A stretch of DNA of 64,000 nt, from the NCBI GenBank assembly GCA_944392865.1, contig CALXYD010000001.1, forward strand, positions 2,705 to 66,704. Reading direction: 5' to 3'. Numbering within the stretch: position 1 is the stretch's first letter; each line of letters begins with the position of its first letter. Position numbers and translations under genes: made by a program. Positions 1 through 11,256 of this stretch are shown in pieces. The notes beneath the pieces are model-generated. The model worked only from the letters and a program-made list of their open reading frames with translations, did no database searches and was not told the origin of the DNA. This DNA comes from an uncultured Alphaproteobacteria bacterium. GTDB lineage: Bacteria; Pseudomonadota; Alphaproteobacteria; RF32; CAG-239.

Positions 1-1717
1 GAGTCCCTGCTTGGATAATCCCGACATAACGCTTTTTATCCTCCCGGGCAAAACGCGTCGTCGCACCTTCAGCCGGAGTCGCCTCCAAATTATACATATG
101 TCCCGTTTCTTCCTGAAATTTAACCAGCCGGTCGCGAACAAAATCCAAAAACTTCTCAGCAAAAGCCTGTCCCCAGGCATCGGCAATATTATGCTCATCA
201 TTGGTAAAGTTGCGAATCATCTCGTTCATACCATTAACGCCGATAGTCGAAAAATGGTTACGCAAAGAGCCAAGGTAGCGTTTGGTAAACGGGAACAAAC
301 CGTTATCAATCAGGCGTTGGATAACCTTCCGTTTAATTTCCAGCGATGTCCGCGAAATATTCATCAATTCGTCAACTCGTGCAAACAATCCGGCTTCATT
401 GCCTTTATAAACATATCCGAGTCTTGCGCAATTTATCGTCACCACCCCGACAGAACCCGTCTGCTCAGCAGATCCGAACAAGCCGTTGCCTCTGGCCAGC
501 AATTCGCGCAAATCCAGTTGCAAACGGCAACACATTGAACGAATTTGCCCCGGCTTCAATGATGAATTAAGGAAGTTCTGAAAATAAGGCAGGCCATATT
601 TTGCCGTCATTTCAAACAGCAGCTCCGTATTTTCATCTTCCCACGGAAAATCCCAAGTCATATTATACGTCGGAATCGGAAAAGTAAACGGCCGTCCTTT
701 TACATCGCCCTGCATCATTACGTTGATATAAGCTTTGTTTATCATCGCCATTTCTTCGCTTAAATCACCGTATGTATACTCCTGCTCAACACCGCCGATA
801 ATCGGGTGTTCGTTGCGCAAATCCTCCGGGCATACCCAGTCAAACGTAAAATTGGTAAACGGCGTTTGCGACCCCCAACGGGAAGGAACATTCAGATTAT
901 AAATCAGTTCCTGCATACACTGTTCAACCTGTTCGTATGTCAGCTTATCATTCCGGACATACGGCGCTAAATATGTATCAACTGATGAAAACGCCTGCGC
1001 GCCGGCCCATTCATTTTGCAGAGTCCCCATAAAGTTTACCATCTGCCCGACCGCGGAAGACAAATGTTTCGGAGCGCCTGCCTCAACTTTCCCCGGCACG
1101 CCGTTAAAACCTTCACGCAACAGATTCTTCAAAGACCAACCGGCACAATAGGCGGCCAACATACTCAAATCATGGATATGAATATCGCCGTTACGGTGCG
1201 CTTCGCCGACTTCTGCCGGATAAACGTGTGACAGCCAGTAATTTGCCGTAACTTTGCCGGATACATTCAAAATCAACCCGCCGTTGGAATATCCCTGATT
1301 GGCATTTTCTTTAATACGCCAGTCCAAATGTTCCAAATACTCATTAACCGAGCTTTCAACATCAATAACCGTTTTGCCATCGCCGCGCATTCTGTTCCTT
1401 TTATCGCGATACAGAATATAAGACTTCGCCGTTTTGAAGTAATTGGAAGAAATAAGCACCTGCTCAACAACATCTTGTATATCTTCAACTGACGGCAAAG
1501 ATTCGTCAAACTTGTGTGATAAAATCTTCATAACCTGCGCTGTCAACAGCCAGGCATCATCGGCATCAAACTCCGTCGTTGTCTCACCCGCCCGCAAAAT
1601 AGCGTTATAAATCTTTTCTCCGTCAAAATCTGCGAGCGTTCCATCTCTTTTGGTTATGCTTTTAAACGGCATTTTATATTTTTTTGCCGCCGGCACTTGC
1701 AACTCGTTATTGGCCAT
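1..1717 (-). CDS. nrdD: Anaerobic ribonucleoside-triphosphate reductase (class III RNR), 5' portion; the gene runs off the window start
   Basis: The minus-strand frame opening with ATG (complement of 1715-1717) reads MANNELQVPAAKKYKMPFKSITKRDGTL... (ATP-cone), then the CCRLQLD and TINCARLGY motifs typical of NrdD, and stays open to position 1. It is absent from the ORF track because it has no stop inside the window; the plus-strand ORFs 11..538, 346..570 and 1016..1231 are antisense artefacts. Confidence 0.88.
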   Translation of the reverse strand, partial: MANNELQVPAAKKYKMPFKSITKRDGTLADFDGEKIYNAILRAGETTTEFDADDAWLLTAQVMKILSHKFDESLPSVEDIQDVVEQVLISSNYFKTAKSYILYRDKRNRMRGDGKTVIDVESSVNEYLEHLDWRIKENANQGYSNGGLILNVSGKVTANYWLSHVYPAEVGEAHRNGDIHIHDLSMLAAYCAGWSLKNLLREGFNGVPGKVEAGAPKHLSSAVGQMVNFMGTLQNEWAGAQAFSSVDTYLAPYVRNDKLTYEQVEQCMQELIYNLNVPSRWGSQTPFTNFTFDWVCPEDLRNEHPIIGGVEQEYTYGDLSEEMAMINKAYINVMMQGDVKGRPFTFPIPTYNMTWDFPWEDENTELLFEMTAKYGLPYFQNFLNSSLKPGQIRSMCCRLQLDLRELLARGNGLFGSAEQTGSVGVVTINCARLGYVYKGNEAGLFARVDELMNISRTSLEIKRKVIQRLIDNGLFPFTKRYLGSLRNHFSTIGVNGMNEMIRNFTNDEHNIADAWGQAFAEKFLDFVRDRLVKFQEETGHMYNLEATPAEGATTRFAREDKKRYVGIIQAGT

Positions 1718-2111
1718 TTTTTATTCTTCCCTTCTTTGTCATTTAATAGTTTTACCAGCTTTCGCTCTTAGAAGCATCCTACTACATATAGTGTTAACAA
1801 ACGGTAAAAATATACTATATATTGTAAAAATACTTTTTTTATCCCTCTCCCGAAAGCTGTCCCTATCATAAAAAAAACACCTCGTTTGGCAAGCTTTCAT
1901 CCTCCGTTTTTTTCCTTTTTTCCATATCGCATTAAAATAAAAACAATTTTTTTTTTTTTAAAGGTCAATAACCACCCTCCAAATTTTTTAAACCTGTTAC
2001 TAACAGCTTTTTCTCCCTCAAGATAAAATTTATTTTCATCACAAAAACTGTTGACCTTAACTCAAGATACCTTTAATATAGCCCGCGGATAAAATTTCAG
2101 GGAGAATAAAA

Positions 2112-2780
2112 TTGCCTAAAACAATAATATGGGACTTAGACAATACGCTTTATTTTGAAACAGACGAATATAAAAACAAACTAAACGAAGCAACCGCCAA
2201 AGCAGCAATTGAAGAATTTAACATCCCGCTGGATTTCCGGACAGCCACGGAAAAAGTCAAAGAATCATACGCCACATACCGCGACGGGTTGGAAATTTTC
2301 TCCCGCGAATACGGTATTCCGCATAAAGATTTATACATTTCCTACCATAACTATAAAAGCGAACTGATTAAAACCATCGCCCCATACGAAGGTTTGCCTG
2401 CCCGTCTGGCGAGTCTCAAATGCCCGCAATACATTTTTTCCACTTCCTCTAAAGATATATGTGAAAAAATATTAAAACACATTGGCCTTTATGATTTCTT
2501 CGCTGAGCGTTTTTTCTCTGTTGAAGATTTTGATGTCTACAAAAAGAACGAAAACGCTGATGTATATAAAAGGCTCTGCCGGACAATCAACGTTGCGCCT
2601 GCCGATTGCATTTTCGTAGATGACAGCTACTCCAACCTTGATTTTGCCAAACAATGCGGTATGACGACGGTTCGCATCTACTACGGCAGCAATTCCGCCA
2701 AAGATATGCCATTTATTGACGTCGCTTATAAAGGAATAGAAGCGTGCATTGACGGGCTCAAAAAAGATTTTGGCTGCTAG
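2112..2780 (+). CDS. HAD-superfamily hydrolase (nucleotidase-like), TTG start
   Basis: N-terminal IWDLDNTLY matches the HAD motif I (DxDxT); the C-terminal FVDDS matches motif IV; 222 aa. Confidence 0.7.
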   Translation: MPKTIIWDLDNTLYFETDEYKNKLNEATAKAAIEEFNIPLDFRTATEKVKESYATYRDGLEIFSREYGIPHKDLYISYHNYKSELIKTIAPYEGLPARLASLKCPQYIFSTSSKDICEKILKHIGLYDFFAERFFSVEDFDVYKKNENADVYKRLCRTINVAPADCIFVDDSYSNLDFAKQCGMTTVRIYYGSNSAKDMPFIDVAYKGIEACIDGLKKDFGC

Positions 2781-2802
2781 TTTCCGCGCCCTACCGGAGA
2801 AC

Positions 2803-3525
2803 TTACCGCTTCCGCGCAGCCTCAACCCGTTCGCAAAGTTTGCTTTCCAGCAAATATTGTTCCGGAGTATCAAGCTTAAGCTGTTCCGCTTCCACTTCCT
2901 GCCGCCACGCTTCCACTTTTTCATTAAGGGCATTAACATAATCTTCATGCAACTGTTCAGCAATCGTAGGGGTGTGTTCATCAGGTGCCGCAATCCGCAC
3001 GCCCACCTTTTCAAACAATCCATCCGACGCTTTTTTTAATTCCGGCAAAAAATAATCCAATGCTTCCAGATATATCTGCATATGCGTTTTTTCATGCCTT
3101 AATGCCACCTCGTATGTACAGGAAGATTTATCCAAATCCTTCAAAATATAAATCGTTGGCACATAAAATCCCAAGTGGACATCAATATTCTGCGGATACA
3201 AACACATATAGCCATGGCTTATTTCCGCTTGGCCGACATTCATATTCACCGTAAAACCATCGCGCACCTTTGTCAATCCGACCGGCTCAAACCCTTCCGG
3301 AATCTCAAGCCCTTTTTCTTTATACTTCCGCGCCGTTTCTTCCCGCAAATACCGACTATCCTTTTCAAAATTATATTTTAGTTTTCCGTATGAGGACGTC
3401 ACCTTAACTTTCGGAGCCGAAATAATGCTCAAACATTCCCGCATATACCTGTCCGTATCATCTGCCGCCAACGCAAAATTAACCGTCATTACGCTGAAAA
3501 TTAAGGTAAAAAAAACTTTTTCCAT
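2803..3525 (-). CDS. Secreted putative zinc metalloprotease-like protein (DUF922-like)
   Basis: Signal peptide MEKVFFTLIFSVMTVNFALA; HEKTH is an HExxH zinc-binding motif; 240 aa. Confidence 0.5.
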   Translation of the reverse strand: MEKVFFTLIFSVMTVNFALAADDTDRYMRECLSIISAPKVKVTSSYGKLKYNFEKDSRYLREETARKYKEKGLEIPEGFEPVGLTKVRDGFTVNMNVGQAEISHGYMCLYPQNIDVHLGFYVPTIYILKDLDKSSCTYEVALRHEKTHMQIYLEALDYFLPELKKASDGLFEKVGVRIAAPDEHTPTIAEQLHEDYVNALNEKVEAWRQEVEAEQLKLDTPEQYLLESKLCERVEAARKR

Positions 3526-3567
3526 CTAAAATACTCCCATACCAACCACCTGTTCGGGGATTCAGTT

Positions 3568-4293
3568 ATGAAATACATATATATAATTTGCCTGTTGTTG
3601 TCCAGCTTTTTTACAGACAAATCATCAGCCGCTACAAATGAATCCGCCCGATATGCCTTTTTCATGCCGCAAGGCGCCTTGCAACAAAACCGCCAGGTTC
3701 CGGATATCCGTTTAATGCGCCCCCGCCACACAAAACCGGTAGAAGACACACAACCTGCATCATCGGATACCCCGACAGCAATCAAACAAATCTCAAATAA
3801 ACCGCAACCCCAAAACTTAGTGCGCACCCCGACTCTTGAAAATACCGTAACATCTGAAAGTGTGCCGCAAAATACCCGCAAATCTTCCGCTCCGGCTCGC
3901 CAGTATGCTCAACCTCAAACGCAATCCGCCTCAAAAGCAACGGCCACCGCCCAGCCGACAACGCCGAAGAAGCAGATTATTGCATCACCGGAGATAGAAA
4001 AAAAAGTTCAACAATACACACTTGACGATTCGCCCGTTCCTCCTCAGAAAAAAACAGCCGCAACAACTGCCGCCGCCATATCGCCGCTTGAAAAGTTAAA
4101 ACAAAAAAGCTTAAAAGAACTTTTGGCAGATATCCCCTATCCGGATTCGGATTTGCCCAAATTCAAACAACTCTATGCAGACTATGGTATGGAATTGCGG
4201 GTTTTGGAACGTCGCCACAAACTCCCAACTAATTCAGAACAGGAAAAAACACTCGCCAAAGCCAATACATTACGCCGTTTTGAAGTAAAATAA
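3568..4293 (+). CDS. Secreted low-complexity (P/T/Q-rich) protein with a conserved C-terminal ~60 aa
   Basis: Signal peptide MKYIYIICLLLSSFFTDKSSA, followed by a long P/T/Q/A-rich region; divergent from the 2803..3525 gene. Confidence 0.45.
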   Translation: MKYIYIICLLLSSFFTDKSSAATNESARYAFFMPQGALQQNRQVPDIRLMRPRHTKPVEDTQPASSDTPTAIKQISNKPQPQNLVRTPTLENTVTSESVPQNTRKSSAPARQYAQPQTQSASKATATAQPTTPKKQIIASPEIEKKVQQYTLDDSPVPPQKKTAATTAAAISPLEKLKQKSLKELLADIPYPDSDLPKFKQLYADYGMELRVLERRHKLPTNSEQEKTLAKANTLRRFEVK

Positions 4294-4315
4294 CACTTTT
4301 TACGAATAACCGTAC

Positions 4316-6118
4316 TTAATTATCGCCAATCCGGAGCGCTTCAATAAATGCCGACTGCGGTACTTCAACTTTGCCAAACTGACGCATTCTCTGCTTGCCT
4401 TTTTTCTGTTTGTCAAGCAATTTGCGTTTACGCGTCACGTCGCCGCCATAACATTTTGCCGTCACGTCTTTGCGCATGGCGGAAATCGTTTCCCGCGCCA
4501 CAACACGCCCGCCGATAGCCGCTTGTATCGGAATTTTAAACAAATGCCGCGGTATCAAATCTTTCAAACGCTCGCAAATCTGCCGTCCGCGCGATTCGGC
4601 CTCGCTCCGATGGCATAAAAACGCCAATGCGTCAACAGGCTCTTCATTTATCAAAATCTGCACTTTCACCAAATCCGACTGCTCGTAACCGACAACTTCA
4701 TAATCAAAGCTGGCATAACCGCTGGTAATTGATTTTAACCTGTCATAAAAATCAAACACAATCTCATTAAGCGGAATATGATAAACAACCATTGCGCGCG
4801 AACCGACGTATGTTAGCTCCTGCTGCACGCCGCGCCGTTCGGTACAAAGTTTAAGCACCGCACCTAAATATGTATCCGGCACCAGAATTGTCGCACGCAC
4901 CATCGGCTCCTCAATTGACGCCACTGTCGACAAATCAGGCATATCTGCCGGATTATGCAACATAATCGTTTCCCCTTTGGTAAGATTGATTTTATAAGCC
5001 ACCGATGGTGCCGTCGTTATAATATCCAAATCAAATTCACGTCCGATTCTTTCTTGGATTATCTCCATATGCAAAAGGCCGAGAAAACCACAACGGAAGC
5101 CGAGTCCCAACGCCGCCGAATTTTCATTCTGATAATCTATGCTGGCGTCATTAAGCTTTAATTTTGCCAATGCGTCTTTCAATGCCTCATATTGGCTGCT
5201 GTCCACCGGAAATATTGAGCAAAAGACCACCGGTACCGAAGGTTTAAAACCCGGCAACGCCGTTTCGCACGGCCGCTTGTTATCCGTAATCGTATCCCCT
5301 ACGCGGCAATCGCCGACACTCTTAATGCTTGCGGTAATATACCCCACCTCGCCGGCAGACAACGCTTCAACATCTTGCATTTTCGGCGTAAACACACCGA
5401 TTCTGTCCACCGTATAAACCGCATTGTTGCTCATCATTCTGATAATTTGCTTTTTGCGCAACACGCCGTCTTTAATTCTGACCAAAATCACAACGCCCAA
5501 ATAAGAATCATACCAACTGTCAATCAACAACGCTTTAAGCGGTGCCTCCGCATCGCCTTTCGGCGCCGGAAGCTGATGCACGATTGCCTCCAACAACTCA
5601 CCGATTCCCAAGCCGGTCTTTCCTGAAGTTTCCACCGCTCCGCTTGCGTCAATCCCGATAACATCTTCAATCTGCGATTTAACTTTTTCCACATCTGCCG
5701 ATGGCAAATCAACCTTATTTAAAGCCGGAACAATCTCATGATTATTATCAATCGCCAGATACACATTCGCCAGCGTCTGTGCCTCAACGCCCTGCGTCGC
5801 GTCAACCACCAGGACAGATCCCTCGCACGCAGCCAGCGAACGCGACACTTCGTATGAAAAATCAACGTGTCCCGGTGTATCAATCAAATTAAGCAGATAT
5901 TCATCCCCGTCTTTTGCCTTATATTTAAGCCGCACGGTCTGAGCTTTGATAGTAATTCCCCTTTCGCGCTCAATATCCATCGAGTCCAACACCTGCTCCG
6001 TCATTTCCCGGCGCTCTAAACCGCCGCACATCTCAATTATCCGGTCGGCAATGGTTGATTTACCGTGGTCAATATGGGCAATAATCGCAAAATTTCTGAT
6101 TTTCGCCAAATCTTGCAT
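4316..6118 (-). CDS. lepA: Elongation factor 4 (translational GTPase LepA)
   Basis: [27 protein letters not shown]..., G-domain motifs DTPGHVDF and NKVD, 600 aa, LepA-specific C-terminus. Confidence 0.95.
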   Translation of the reverse strand: MQDLAKIRNFAIIAHIDHGKSTIADRIIEMCGGLERREMTEQVLDSMDIERERGITIKAQTVRLKYKAKDGDEYLLNLIDTPGHVDFSYEVSRSLAACEGSVLVVDATQGVEAQTLANVYLAIDNNHEIVPALNKVDLPSADVEKVKSQIEDVIGIDASGAVETSGKTGLGIGELLEAIVHQLPAPKGDAEAPLKALLIDSWYDSYLGVVILVRIKDGVLRKKQIIRMMSNNAVYTVDRIGVFTPKMQDVEALSAGEVGYITASIKSVGDCRVGDTITDNKRPCETALPGFKPSVPVVFCSIFPVDSSQYEALKDALAKLKLNDASIDYQNENSAALGLGFRCGFLGLLHMEIIQERIGREFDLDIITTAPSVAYKINLTKGETIMLHNPADMPDLSTVASIEEPMVRATILVPDTYLGAVLKLCTERRGVQQELTYVGSRAMVVYHIPLNEIVFDFYDRLKSITSGYASFDYEVVGYEQSDLVKVQILINEEPVDALAFLCHRSEAESRGRQICERLKDLIPRHLFKIPIQAAIGGRVVARETISAMRKDVTAKCYGGDVTRKRKLLDKQKKGKQRMRQFGKVEVPQSAFIEALRIGDN

Positions 6119-6253
6119 CTGACTTTCCTTATTTGTTAAAAATTATCCGAACTTACCTCTGTCATAAAGGAAAAAATCCGTGAACGCAACAGATTTTATA
6201 CTTTCCTGTTGCAACTCGTTAAAAACTGTGTTTAAATATTCCCATCAATTATT

Positions 6254-6715
6254 TTGCACGCAACTTGGGAGGCTGATATGATTAAATTTATTGACATAGA
6301 ATTTGGCTCGGGACGTTATCAGGAATTGCTTGACTTGCGCTACAAAGTTCTATTGCAACCTTTGGGGCTGAAATTTCTCGATTCCTTTCGTGAGCAGGAA
6401 GCCGGCTTTCTACATATCGGTTGCATAGATTCTTCTACTGACGAACTTATCGGCGGTTTGATTATGGTTCCGGTTGACAGCGAAGAAATCCGCATCATGC
6501 AGGTTGCCGTTGATGAATCCCGTCAACACGAAGGTATTGGCAAAAAACTGATTGCTTATGCAGAAAAGACCGCCAAAGAAATCGGCTATTCCCAAATGGT
6601 TATGCACGCCATGCTTTCGGTTGTCAGCTTTTATGAAAAACTTGGCTTCAGGCAAGAAGGCGATTTATTTGAAGAAAGAGGTATAAACTTCGTCCGTATG
6701 GTAAAACAGCTTTAA
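6254..6715 (+). CDS. GNAT family N-acetyltransferase (the start may be the internal Met at 6278)
   Basis: Acetyl-CoA-binding motif region QHEGIGKKLIAYAE; about 150 aa. Confidence 0.6.
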   Translation: MHATWEADMIKFIDIEFGSGRYQELLDLRYKVLLQPLGLKFLDSFREQEAGFLHIGCIDSSTDELIGGLIMVPVDSEEIRIMQVAVDESRQHEGIGKKLIAYAEKTAKEIGYSQMVMHAMLSVVSFYEKLGFRQEGDLFEERGINFVRMVKQL

Positions 6716-6735
6716 CCTTTGCCCGAGTTACAAAA

Positions 6736-6768
6736 AAAGCCTTTTTCAGAGATGAAAAAGGCTTTTTT
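6736..6768. terminator. Bidirectional rho-independent terminator between the GNAT gene (+) and the AI-2E transporter gene (-)
   Basis: AAAAAAAGCCTTTTTCagagatGAAAAAGGCTTTTTTT is a perfect palindrome with A and T tracts on both sides. Confidence 0.8.
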
Positions 6769-6784
6769 TATAGCATTCGCCTAT

Positions 6785-7870
6785 TTATTCCAAATACAGC
6801 GAACTCTGTTTATAGCGTTTTATCATATTTCTGACCAACACGCCGATAATTGCCGCCACCGGCACCGCCAGCATTAAACCGAGAAAGCCCAACAGAACGC
6901 CGCCGGCCAACAAGGCAAACATTACCCACACCGGATGCAGTCCGACATTTTCCCCGACTAATTTCGGCGTCAGGAAATTCCCCTCAATAAACTGTCCACT
7001 GAGAAAGACCGCCACAACATACATAACGTGCGTAACATCTCCAAACTGCGCAAAAGCCAAAATAACCCCCAGCACAAACCCGGTTATTGAGCCGACGTAT
7101 GGAATAAACGAGATAATACCGGCAATAAAACCGACTAGCAACCCGAGTTCCAACCCGACAAGCTTCAAACCGATAGAATAATAAAGCCCCAAAATCAGAC
7201 AGACGCTCAACTGCCCGCGGATAAACCCGGCAATAATCACATTAATTTCTTTCAAGCTTTCCATAATGCCTTTTTTAGACTTTTGCGGCAATAATTCCTC
7301 AACTTTCTTTACAAACGGATCCCAATCGCGCAACATATAAAATGTAACAATCGGTGTAATCAAAATCAACGACAGCAGGTTAATTACCGCAAATCCGTTT
7401 GCCAAAATCCCTTTTAATAACGTTCCGGCAAATTTAATCCCGTTGCCGATATTACCTTTAATCACCTGCTCAAGATTGCCGTTGACCAATCCGGGAAACC
7501 GCTCTGTCAGATGTTGCAGCATCGGCCGCAGCTTTTCCACCAATATCGCCATATATTTCGGTGTTGCCTGAATAAGCAACGTAACCTGATTTTCAACCAT
7601 TCCCAAAAACAGAAAAATTGCCGGCAACAAAATCAATATCATCAAACAGCAGACTAATATCGTCGCCCAGGTCCGTGATATCTTACATTTTTGCAATTTC
7701 GTTGTCAGCGGGTCAAGCAAATAAGCCAGCAGAATACCCGCCACAAATGGCATCAACACCGACCGTAGCATATACAAAAACGCAAAAAATATGAAAAAAA
7801 TAACAAACCACATATATGGATTAACATAAAAACGGCTTGTCTGATTATTTACCGCTTTAATAGATGGCAT
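6785..7870 (-). CDS. AI-2E family transporter (PerM/YdiK-like permease)
   Basis: 361 aa, polytopic membrane protein with the architecture typical of the AI-2E/UPF0118 family. Confidence 0.7.
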   Translation of the reverse strand: MPSIKAVNNQTSRFYVNPYMWFVIFFIFFAFLYMLRSVLMPFVAGILLAYLLDPLTTKLQKCKISRTWATILVCCLMILILLPAIFLFLGMVENQVTLLIQATPKYMAILVEKLRPMLQHLTERFPGLVNGNLEQVIKGNIGNGIKFAGTLLKGILANGFAVINLLSLILITPIVTFYMLRDWDPFVKKVEELLPQKSKKGIMESLKEINVIIAGFIRGQLSVCLILGLYYSIGLKLVGLELGLLVGFIAGIISFIPYVGSITGFVLGVILAFAQFGDVTHVMYVVAVFLSGQFIEGNFLTPKLVGENVGLHPVWVMFALLAGGVLLGFLGLMLAVPVAAIIGVLVRNMIKRYKQSSLYLE

Positions 7871-8900
7871 AATATCCTCCTTCTTGACGCAAATTATAAC
7901 CGCTCATTGCCAAATGCGTTTGCAATTTTTCCCAAACGCCGCTGAATATAAAACTAAAATGAACCTTTCCATTCGCCATGGAAACAACTTTAACCTCACC
8001 AACTTGAGGATACGTTTCCAACAATCTCTTCAAAGCCAGCCAATTACCCAATTTCGGATATGTATACACGGCCTCAATCTTCTCTTCAACCTGGGGCATT
8101 TCCATAGCAACGGACGCCGCCTTTTTTGCATCTTTAAAAAACGGCAAAACCTTGTCTATGGCCTCCGCCGGTGTAACACCTGTGACATCAACCTCAAAAA
8201 CCTCTCTTTCGGGAAAATTCTTAATATACACTTTATTATCTTTAAGCGAATATTTAAGGACATATATCCCGGTAACATTGTTAAACGCCGCCAAATCATT
8301 ATATTCCGCATCTGTCATATCAAAAATGCGAACAGCCTCCACGGCCGTAATATTGCCGAGATTCTTCTCAATATCGTGAATAGCCAGATTCCCTTTGCGA
8401 ATATCCCGCCTTTGTTGAAAAGCCTGACGCCAAATATTGTCATCGCCCCACAAATCAATACTGCCATCCTCTTTTTCCAATAAAGGAACAGCCAATACAT
8501 TCTGTTCTTCGCCGACAACCAACGGCAGATTATTTTCTTGCAAATACGCCTTTAAGACTTCTTCATTAACGCTAACCCGCAAATCGGCAATATAGCGCAC
8601 ATCTGAAGATTTTTCCATCAACACCATCACGCCGGAAATAAAATGCTGCAACTGATTATCATTCAATTTGCCGATTTCTTCCGCGCTTTGCGCCGTGCTA
8701 ATGCTTAAAATAACCTCATTCAACCCGTCGCGCACGGCTTTGGCCATCGCCTGCTTTTTTGCCACAGCTACATTTTCCGCCGTTATATCCACATTGACAT
8801 CCGCTTCATACAACGGGTCGCCTGCCGCCGGCAAAACCATAACAAGCCACAACAAGCAACCCAAAATAAACTTTTTCACGTTTTTATTCTCCTTATACAA
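7857..8900 (-). CDS. Secreted/periplasmic hypothetical protein
   Basis: N-terminal signal peptide KKFILGCLLWLVMVLPAAG; 347 aa; no motif I recognise; overlaps the downstream transporter gene by 14 nt (operon-like). Confidence 0.5.
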   Translation of the reverse strand: MYKENKNVKKFILGCLLWLVMVLPAAGDPLYEADVNVDITAENVAVAKKQAMAKAVRDGLNEVILSISTAQSAEEIGKLNDNQLQHFISGVMVLMEKSSDVRYIADLRVSVNEEVLKAYLQENNLPLVVGEEQNVLAVPLLEKEDGSIDLWGDDNIWRQAFQQRRDIRKGNLAIHDIEKNLGNITAVEAVRIFDMTDAEYNDLAAFNNVTGIYVLKYSLKDNKVYIKNFPEREVFEVDVTGVTPAEAIDKVLPFFKDAKKAASVAMEMPQVEEKIEAVYTYPKLGNWLALKRLLETYPQVGEVKVVSMANGKVHFSFIFSGVWEKLQTHLAMSGYNLRQEGGYYAIY

Positions 8901-9020
8901 CTTTCGCTTTTTTCTTCTTACAATGCAAAAGCATAAAAAGCAAACTTTTTTATTGCCTTTTAAATGCCGATGATATTAACTTAAGGAAACTTTTTAATTT
9001 ATCATTTGAGGAATTTTAAA

Positions 9021-10025
9021 ATGAAAATAACTCCGTTTTTAAACAGCCTTTTGGAGCGTGCCGCCAAAGAACCGAAAACCATCGTCTTGCCGGAAGGGGA
9101 AGATGAACGTATCTTAGACGCGGCGCATACCGTTGCTGAAAGAAAAGCCGCCAAACTCATCATTCTTGGCAACCCTGAAGAAATTAAAGCCTATTATGCC
9201 AAAAACAACTGGAGCTTAGACGGCATTGAGCTGTTAAAACCGGAAACATCGGAAAAATTGGCCGCTTATACGGATTTATTGTATGAACTCCGCAAAGCCA
9301 AGGGTATGACGCCCAACGACGCAAAAAAGCTGGCCTTAAACTATAATTACTTCGGAACGCTGATGATTAAAGCCGGCGACGCCGACGGTATGGTTTCCGG
9401 CGCCAATCACTCCACGGCAGACACGGTGCGCCCGGCTTTGCAGATTATCAAATCCGCACACAAAGACCGTAGCGTTTCTTCTGCTCTGATATTGGTTGCC
9501 AACAACAAGCCTTACATTTTCTCCGACTGCGCCATTATCATTAACCCAAGCGAACAGGAATTGGCGGATATGGCTCTCGCCAGCTCGGAAACAGCTTTAA
9601 AATTCGGAATTGAGCCCAAAGTCGCCATGCTGTCATATTCCACCCGCGGCTCCGGCTCCGGCGGTATGGTAGATAAAATGCGTAATGCCACAAAACTCGC
9701 CCAAGAAATGCTAAAATCAGACGAATACAAGAATCTTCCGATTATGATAGACGGTGAAATGCAGGCCGACGCGGCGCTTGACCTTGTTGTCGCGAAAAAG
9801 AAAGCGCCGGATTCGCAAGTTGCCGGCCATGCGAATGTTTTGATTTTCCCGTGTCTGGAAGTCGGCAACATCAGCTACAAACTTCTGCAACGCTTATGCG
9901 GTTGCGAAGCTTACGGACCGATGTTGCAAGGTCTAAACGCCCCTGTTAATGATTTATCGCGCGGTGCATTAACCGAAGACATCGTCGGTATGATTGCCAT
10001 TACCGCCATCCAGGCTGTCAAATAA
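9021..10025 (+). CDS. pta: Phosphate acetyltransferase
   Basis: MKITPFLNSLLERAAKEPKTIVLPEGEDERIL... PTA_PTB family; a GAGGA ribosome-binding site lies 8 nt upstream of the ATG at 9021 (the track ORF begins at an upstream in-frame Met at 9006). Confidence 0.9.
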   Translation: MKITPFLNSLLERAAKEPKTIVLPEGEDERILDAAHTVAERKAAKLIILGNPEEIKAYYAKNNWSLDGIELLKPETSEKLAAYTDLLYELRKAKGMTPNDAKKLALNYNYFGTLMIKAGDADGMVSGANHSTADTVRPALQIIKSAHKDRSVSSALILVANNKPYIFSDCAIIINPSEQELADMALASSETALKFGIEPKVAMLSYSTRGSGSGGMVDKMRNATKLAQEMLKSDEYKNLPIMIDGEMQADAALDLVVAKKKAPDSQVAGHANVLIFPCLEVGNISYKLLQRLCGCEAYGPMLQGLNAPVNDLSRGALTEDIVGMIAITAIQAVK

Positions 10026-10052
10026 TCACTTACTGCAAAAGGAACATAAAGT

Positions 10053-11237
10053 ATGAAAAAAATTCTCGTCTTAAATTCCGGTTCATCCTCGTTAAAGTAT
10101 CAACTGTTTAACGTTGACGGCAACAACTATCAAGTCGTTGCCAAAGGCAAAGCCGACCGTATCGGTATTCACGGCTCTTTTGTGGAAATAAAAATAACCG
10201 ACGGCGAAAAACGCTCGCGTGAAGTCGCCCTGCCGACCCATAACGAAGCAATCGCGGAAGTAACCAAAGAACTGCTTAACGGCGCGTTGAATTCCATGGA
10301 TGAAATAGACGCTGTCGGCCACCGCATCGTTCAGGGTGGCGACATCTTCAAAAATTCCGTCCTTGTTACGGATACCGTCATTGACCAGATAGAAGCATTA
10401 TCCGAACTGGCACCTCTGCATAACCACGCCCACGTCTTAGGCATTAAGGCCGTGCAAAAGCTCTTGCCCAATGTGCCGCAAACCGTCGTGTTTGATACAG
10501 CTTTTCATCAGACAATGCCCAAAGAAGCCTATTTATACGCTCTGCCTTTGGAACAATACACCAAATACAAAATCCGCCGTTACGGTTTCCATGGAACTTC
10601 ACACGCATACGTTTCTCAAAAAGCCGCCGAACTCATCGGCAAAAAAGGCAAAATCATCACCTGCCATCTGGGCAACGGTGCCTCAATTTCCGCCGTCAAC
10701 AACGGTATGTGTTTAGACACGTCAATGGGCTTTACACCGCTGGCCGGGCTGGTCATGGGCACGCGTTGCGGCGATATTGACCCGTATATCCCGTTGTATA
10801 TTTGCAAATCCCAGAATAAAACGCCGGATGAAGTCAACGAGATTCTGAACAAAAAGAGTGGTATGTTCGGCCTTTGCGGCTATTCGGATAACCGCGATAT
10901 AGAAACACTGTATGGCAAGGAAGAAGCCGCTACAGACGCTTTAAACACTTACATTCACAGCATTATCCGCTTTATTGGCGCTTATATTGCCGTTTTGGGC
11001 GGCGTAGACGCAATTGTCTTCACTGCCGGCATTGGCGAAAACGGCTCCCTGGTCAGAAAACTGGTTGTTGAGCGCTTAAAATACTTGGGTATAACTTTGG
11101 ACGAAGAGGCAAACAACCGCCGCGGCGACATTACCGAAATCTCCACCAAAGATTCTAAAGTCCGCGTTTTCGTAATTCCGACCGATGAAGAATATATGAT
11201 TGCCAAAGACACAATGCAAATCGTTTTCGGCAAGTAA
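10053..11237 (+). CDS. ackA: Acetate kinase
   Basis: MKKILVLNSGSSSLKYQLF... is the canonical acetate kinase N-terminus; 394 aa; forms a pta-ackA operon. Confidence 0.95.
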   Translation: MKKILVLNSGSSSLKYQLFNVDGNNYQVVAKGKADRIGIHGSFVEIKITDGEKRSREVALPTHNEAIAEVTKELLNGALNSMDEIDAVGHRIVQGGDIFKNSVLVTDTVIDQIEALSELAPLHNHAHVLGIKAVQKLLPNVPQTVVFDTAFHQTMPKEAYLYALPLEQYTKYKIRRYGFHGTSHAYVSQKAAELIGKKGKIITCHLGNGASISAVNNGMCLDTSMGFTPLAGLVMGTRCGDIDPYIPLYICKSQNKTPDEVNEILNKKSGMFGLCGYSDNRDIETLYGKEEAATDALNTYIHSIIRFIGAYIAVLGGVDAIVFTAGIGENGSLVRKLVVERLKYLGITLDEEANNRRGDITEISTKDSKVRVFVIPTDEEYMIAKDTMQIVFGK

Positions 11238-11256
11238 CCTCCCCGTTTAAAAGCCA

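Noticed and set aside
11-1231. Plus-strand ORFs 11..538, 346..570 and 1016..1231 from the track
   Set aside because: They lie antisense to the clearly coding minus-strand nrdD frame (CCRLQLD and TINCARLGY motifs, open to the window edge). Their products are low-complexity with no recognisable motif.
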